DNA of 18,291 bases from an uncultured delta proteobacterium (lineage in GTDB: Bacteria > Desulfobacterota > Binatia > UBA9968). The notes beneath the pieces are model-generated. The model ran no database searches and had not been told where the DNA came from. It saw only the letters and a list, made by a program, of their open reading frames with translations. The translations under genes were made by a program, and so were the position numbers. The DNA lies in contig CAVTUQ010000006.1 in the NCBI GenBank assembly GCA_963737905.1, positions 1 to 18,291 on the forward strand. Direction: 5' to 3'. Of the stretch, positions 15,311 to 18,291 are shown one piece after another. The first letter of the stretch is position 1. Each line of letters opens with the position of its first letter.

Positions 15311-16042
15311 TCAGACCACGCCGCCGCCCGCTTGTACATTCTGTCCCGTGACCCACCGCGCGGCATCGCTCGCGAGAAAGGCTGCGACGTCGGCCACTTC
15401 CTTCGCCGTGCCGACGCGATTGAAGGGCGACAGGCTCGCGCCGTATTCGCGGTACTGCTCAGGCAGCATGTCCGTGTCGGTGAAGCCTGGCGACAAGACG
15501 TTCACGGTCACATTGCGCGGACCCAGCTCACGGGAAAGCGAACGGGCGAATTGCTCCACTGCCGCCTTGCTGCCGAGGTAAAGCGCCGCATTGGGAAACA
15601 TCATCTTCGTGCCTCCGGTGGAAATGGCGATGATTCGACCGCCATCGCGCACGCGACGGGCGGCTTCCTGCAACGTGAAAAAGACACCCCTCGTATTGAT
15701 GTCGAAAACATAGTCGTAATCTGCCTCGGTGTTTTCGATAAGCGGTTTTGAAAGATAGACCCCCGCGTTAGCGATAACGATGTCGAGGGGTCCTATCGCC
15801 TTCTCAGCTTCACCGAACAACCGCCGCACCTCCGCGGGTTTCGAAACGTCGGCCTGAATCCCCATGGCCTTGCCGCCCTTCGCCGAGATCGCTTTGACGA
15901 CCTCATGCGCCAGTTGTTCGTTGCGCGCGTAGTTGATGACGACGGTCGCTCCGTCGGCAGCAAGTCTTTCGCCGATCGCTCTGCCGATACCGCGCGAGCC
16001 GCCGGTTACCAGTGCGGTTTTTCCTTCAAGCGCAAGAGACAT
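15311..16042 (-). CDS. Short-chain dehydrogenase/reductase (FabG/THN-reductase-like), 243 aa
   Basis: TGGSRGIG, ANAG, YLGSK, VNVLSPGFTDT and WVTGQ motifs. AAGGAGG RBS. Confidence 0.94.
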   Translation of the reverse strand: MSLALEGKTALVTGGSRGIGRAIGERLAADGATVVINYARNEQLAHEVVKAISAKGGKAMGIQADVSKPAEVRRLFGEAEKAIGPLDIVIANAGVYLSKPLIENTEADYDYVFDINTRGVFFTLQEAARRVRDGGRIIAISTGGTKMMFPNAALYLGSKAAVEQFARSLSRELGPRNVTVNVLSPGFTDTDMLPEQYREYGASLSPFNRVGTAKEVADVAAFLASDAARWVTGQNVQAGGGVV

Positions 16043-16117
16043 GAATCCTCCTTCTTTAGACTTTTTTTTCGCACACCTTTATGAAGACTTGGTTATGCTT
16101 TCTCCTCTAAATGAGTA

Positions 16118-16132
16118 ACAAGGGTTATGCCA
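16118..16132 (-). promoter_or_regulatory. Sigma54 -24/-12 promoter (near-consensus) for the SDR and small-protein genes
   Basis: Minus strand TGGCATAACCCTTGT (correct spacing, GT in place of GC at -12). Supported by the conserved module 83 bp upstream. Confidence 0.6.
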
Positions 16133-16214
16133 AAACCGCCGACGATCGAAAAATATCGCTAAATGCTTTTCCTAGAAGCATTTAGTCAATTTCTGATCGG
16201 ATTTCTATACAAAG

Positions 16215-16262
16215 GTGACTAAGATCACGTGCCGACTTTTCGGCGCGCGCCGAAATGATGGC
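16215..16262. promoter_or_regulatory. Putative upstream activator module, copy 2
   Basis: GTGACTAAGATCACGTGCCGACTTTTCGGCGCGCGCCGAAATGATGGC, containing the GCCGA-N4-TCGGC palindrome. Aligns without gaps to 11411-11458. Confidence 0.65.
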
Positions 16263-16453
16263 GTTGACTGGAGCTTGCTAAATAGTCTCATTGGCGGCTT
16301 TCGCGTATTGGATATTGGTAATATACTGATGGGAATATCGGAACGAGCCACAGTCGAAACTGATGGACGAGTCGTTGATTGAAGGGTAAATTTCACAATG
16401 TCATAGTTTCCGTTGCGGCGACAAAGCTTCCGTTATTTAGTTCGTAGGCCCAC

Positions 16454-16943
16454 ATGCGTCGCGTCTTGTTCGTCTGCACCGGCAACATTTTTCGCAGTCT
16501 TACGGCAGAGTTCGCGCTGCGTCATGTCTTGGGCGCGCGGAGTGACATCCTGGTGGCTTCAGCCGGCACCGAGGATTTTCCGCACGTGGTAAGTCCCTAT
16601 GTCAAAGACTATCTTCTCGCCCGAGGACTCGACGTCAGCCGCCATTATCGGCGGACTTTGACACTCAGATGCTCCAGGAACCGAGGCCCTGTGATCGCGA
16701 TGAGCACGGAGCATCGCTTGGTCTTGATAGAGCGCTTCAATCGTCGGGACGTACCGTTATTCACAGAGGCATGTGGCATTCCCGGCGAGCCGCATTCCCG
16801 ATGTCGACGAAGCCGTCAGGGATCATAAGACCAACCCCATCGCGGTGGGCGCGCATATTCGCATGATCATCGACCGAATCATTGAACTGACGCCGCGACT
16901 CGCGAACCGGGTCCTGCTGCAAAAAGGCACGCTTACATCGTAA
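16454..16943 (+). CDS. Low-molecular-weight phosphotyrosine phosphatase / ArsC-type family protein, frameshifted
   Basis: VLFVCTGNIFRS (C-X5-R P-loop), SAGT, GLDVSRH, VIAM. A +1 shift at ~16793 restores PDVDEAVRDHKTNPIAVGAHIRMIIDRIIELTPRLANR to TAA at 16941-16943. A compensating indel pair near 16662 and 16684 is also likely. Confidence 0.8.
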
Positions 16944-16994
16944 CCAAGCCACCTGACCAACGCTCATTGCGATCATCTTTCATATTTTCTTAAT

Positions 16995-18291
16995 ATGGAC
17001 AGAAACTATGCTGGAGATGGCGCGCGATCATCTTTATTTTTCTACGGCTGGTACATCGTCGGTGTCGGTATCCTCGTCAATATCGCCGGAACATTCGCTT
17101 TTTCGAGCACGTTAAGCATTTTTCTAAAACCGATAACCGAGGAACTCGGTGTTTCACGCGGTGCCTTTTCACTGATTCGCACGTTCGAGATTGGCGTCGC
17201 CGCGCTGATCGTGCCGATCCTCGGTCCGTGGATCGACCGCCACGGCGGGCGCGGTGTCCTCGTTCTCGGGGTCCTCATGGAAGGCACCGGATTGCTGCTT
17301 TCAGGCCTGGTGCAAAGCTTCTGGCAGTTCGTTTTGGTCCGCTGCTCGTTAGTGATCGCGGGCGAAGCCCTGCTGGGCTCCCTGGTAATGAACGTCACCA
17401 TCGCTCAATGGTTCGTGCGCAAGCGCGGACGCGCCATGGGCATCGCCAATTTGGGAACGGGCATCGCCAAACTCAGTATTCCTCTATGTGCGGCATACTT
17501 GTTTGTGCTTGTCGGCTGGCGCAGCACGTGGGCTATTTTCGGCATCGTCGCGCCGCTTCTAGTCGTCGTGCCGGCGCTCATCTTCATGCGCAGAAGACCA
17601 GAGGATATCGGACTTTACCCCGATGGCGAACCGCCTCTCCAAAGCTCCGACAAACTGCCAGCTACTAGCGAGATGCCATCTCCCGAGCAACGACGAACCC
17701 TGGCGGCTGAGAAATCATGGAGCCGCTCCGACGTCATACGACTGCCGACCTTCTGGCTCCTGGTAGTCACCTTCGGCATCGCCAGCATCGGCATTGCGGG
17801 TCTCAACCTGCACATTTTTTCTTATGTCACCGACATCGGCTATTCGCCGCTGATAGCCGCGTCCTTCATGGGCACGATCGCGCTCACACAACTCGGCTCA
17901 ACGCTCGTCTGGGGCGTGCTCGCTGACCGATTCGATATCAGGAAGGTGTCTTGTGTCCAGTTTATGATCCAGGGAGTGGGGCTGGTCGTCGCTATAACGA
18001 GCGCCGACATCTTTCTCGTTTATGCGGGCTTTTTTCTGTATGGCACCGGTCTGGCCGGGAGCTTCGTGCTTCGCGAGGTGATCTGGGCCAATTTCTTCGG
18101 CCGCGTCTCTCTGGGAACGGTGCGCGGACTATCGCTTTTCTTTTCCAATCTATTCGCCGCCAGCGGCGCGCCGTTTTTCGGTTTTCTTCACGATCGCATG
18201 GGCAGCTACAACCTGTCGTTTACGATCTTTTCTTGCGCCCTATTCACGTCTTCGCTCTTGATCCTGTTAGCCAAACCGCCGCGCAAAATGA
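16995..18291 (+). CDS. MFS transporter (oxalate/formate antiporter-like); open to the window end
   Basis: Not in the ORF track because the frame has no stop in the window. It reads MDRNYAGDGARSSLFFYGWYIVGVG...GPWIDRHGGR...QWFVRKRGRAMGI...PEDIGLYPDG...WGVLADRFDIR...FGFLHDRMGSY...LAKPPRKM. Confidence 0.9.
   Translation, partial: MDRNYAGDGARSSLFFYGWYIVGVGILVNIAGTFAFSSTLSIFLKPITEELGVSRGAFSLIRTFEIGVAALIVPILGPWIDRHGGRGVLVLGVLMEGTGLLLSGLVQSFWQFVLVRCSLVIAGEALLGSLVMNVTIAQWFVRKRGRAMGIANLGTGIAKLSIPLCAAYLFVLVGWRSTWAIFGIVAPLLVVVPALIFMRRRPEDIGLYPDGEPPLQSSDKLPATSEMPSPEQRRTLAAEKSWSRSDVIRLPTFWLLVVTFGIASIGIAGLNLHIFSYVTDIGYSPLIAASFMGTIALTQLGSTLVWGVLADRFDIRKVSCVQFMIQGVGLVVAITSADIFLVYAGFFLYGTGLAGSFVLREVIWANFFGRVSLGTVRGLSLFFSNLFAASGAPFFGFLHDRMGSYNLSFTIFSCALFTSSLLILLAKPPRKM

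Noticed and set aside
470-16800. Programmed ribosomal frameshifting as the explanation for the frameshifts
   Set aside because: No slippery heptamers at the shift sites, and these families are not known to be recoded. Scattered single-base indels point to assembly error or decay.
17042-17926. Several short ORFs on both strands
   Set aside because: They are shadows of the long plus-strand MFS gene from 16995 that the ORF track missed.
18282-18291. Terminal TGA as the MFS stop codon
   Set aside because: It is out of frame as written (CGC AAA ATG A). It would be in frame only if the A-run had one extra base, which cannot be judged at the window edge.

Overview
Bacterial chromosomal window with no rRNA, tRNA, CRISPR array, transposase or defence gene that I can recognise. 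Gene families and intergenic repeats look like Candidatus Binatia (deltaproteobacteria-like); this is pattern recognition, not a database result. Left (1-4.1 kb, minus strand): a CoA-dependent beta-oxidation operon of an SDR, an enoyl-CoA hydratase, an acyl-CoA dehydrogenase (AbmB/C/D-like trio) and a frameshifted non-decarboxylating glutaryl-CoA dehydrogenase. A palindromic 9-bp-period TTGAAC/GTTCAA repeat is read in-frame into the first dehydrogenase. Middle (4.2-9.4 kb): three adjacent proteases of different catalytic classes (HtrA-like, LonC-like, M48-TPR lipoprotein). Right (9.4-18.3 kb): an accessory patch with a conserved hypothetical protein, a class II aldolase, three small proteins (one CxxC-x19-CxxC), an MBL-fold lipoprotein, two MFS transporters, an SDR, a decayed NTF2-like pseudogene and a frameshifted LMW-PTP/ArsC-type protein. 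The strongest unannotated signal is regulatory. Two, possibly three, minus-strand sigma54 (-24/-12) promoters carry the same ~48-bp upstream module at nearly the same distance, which suggests a shared enhancer-binding-protein regulon that includes the small proteins. Several single-base frameshifts may be assembly indel errors.
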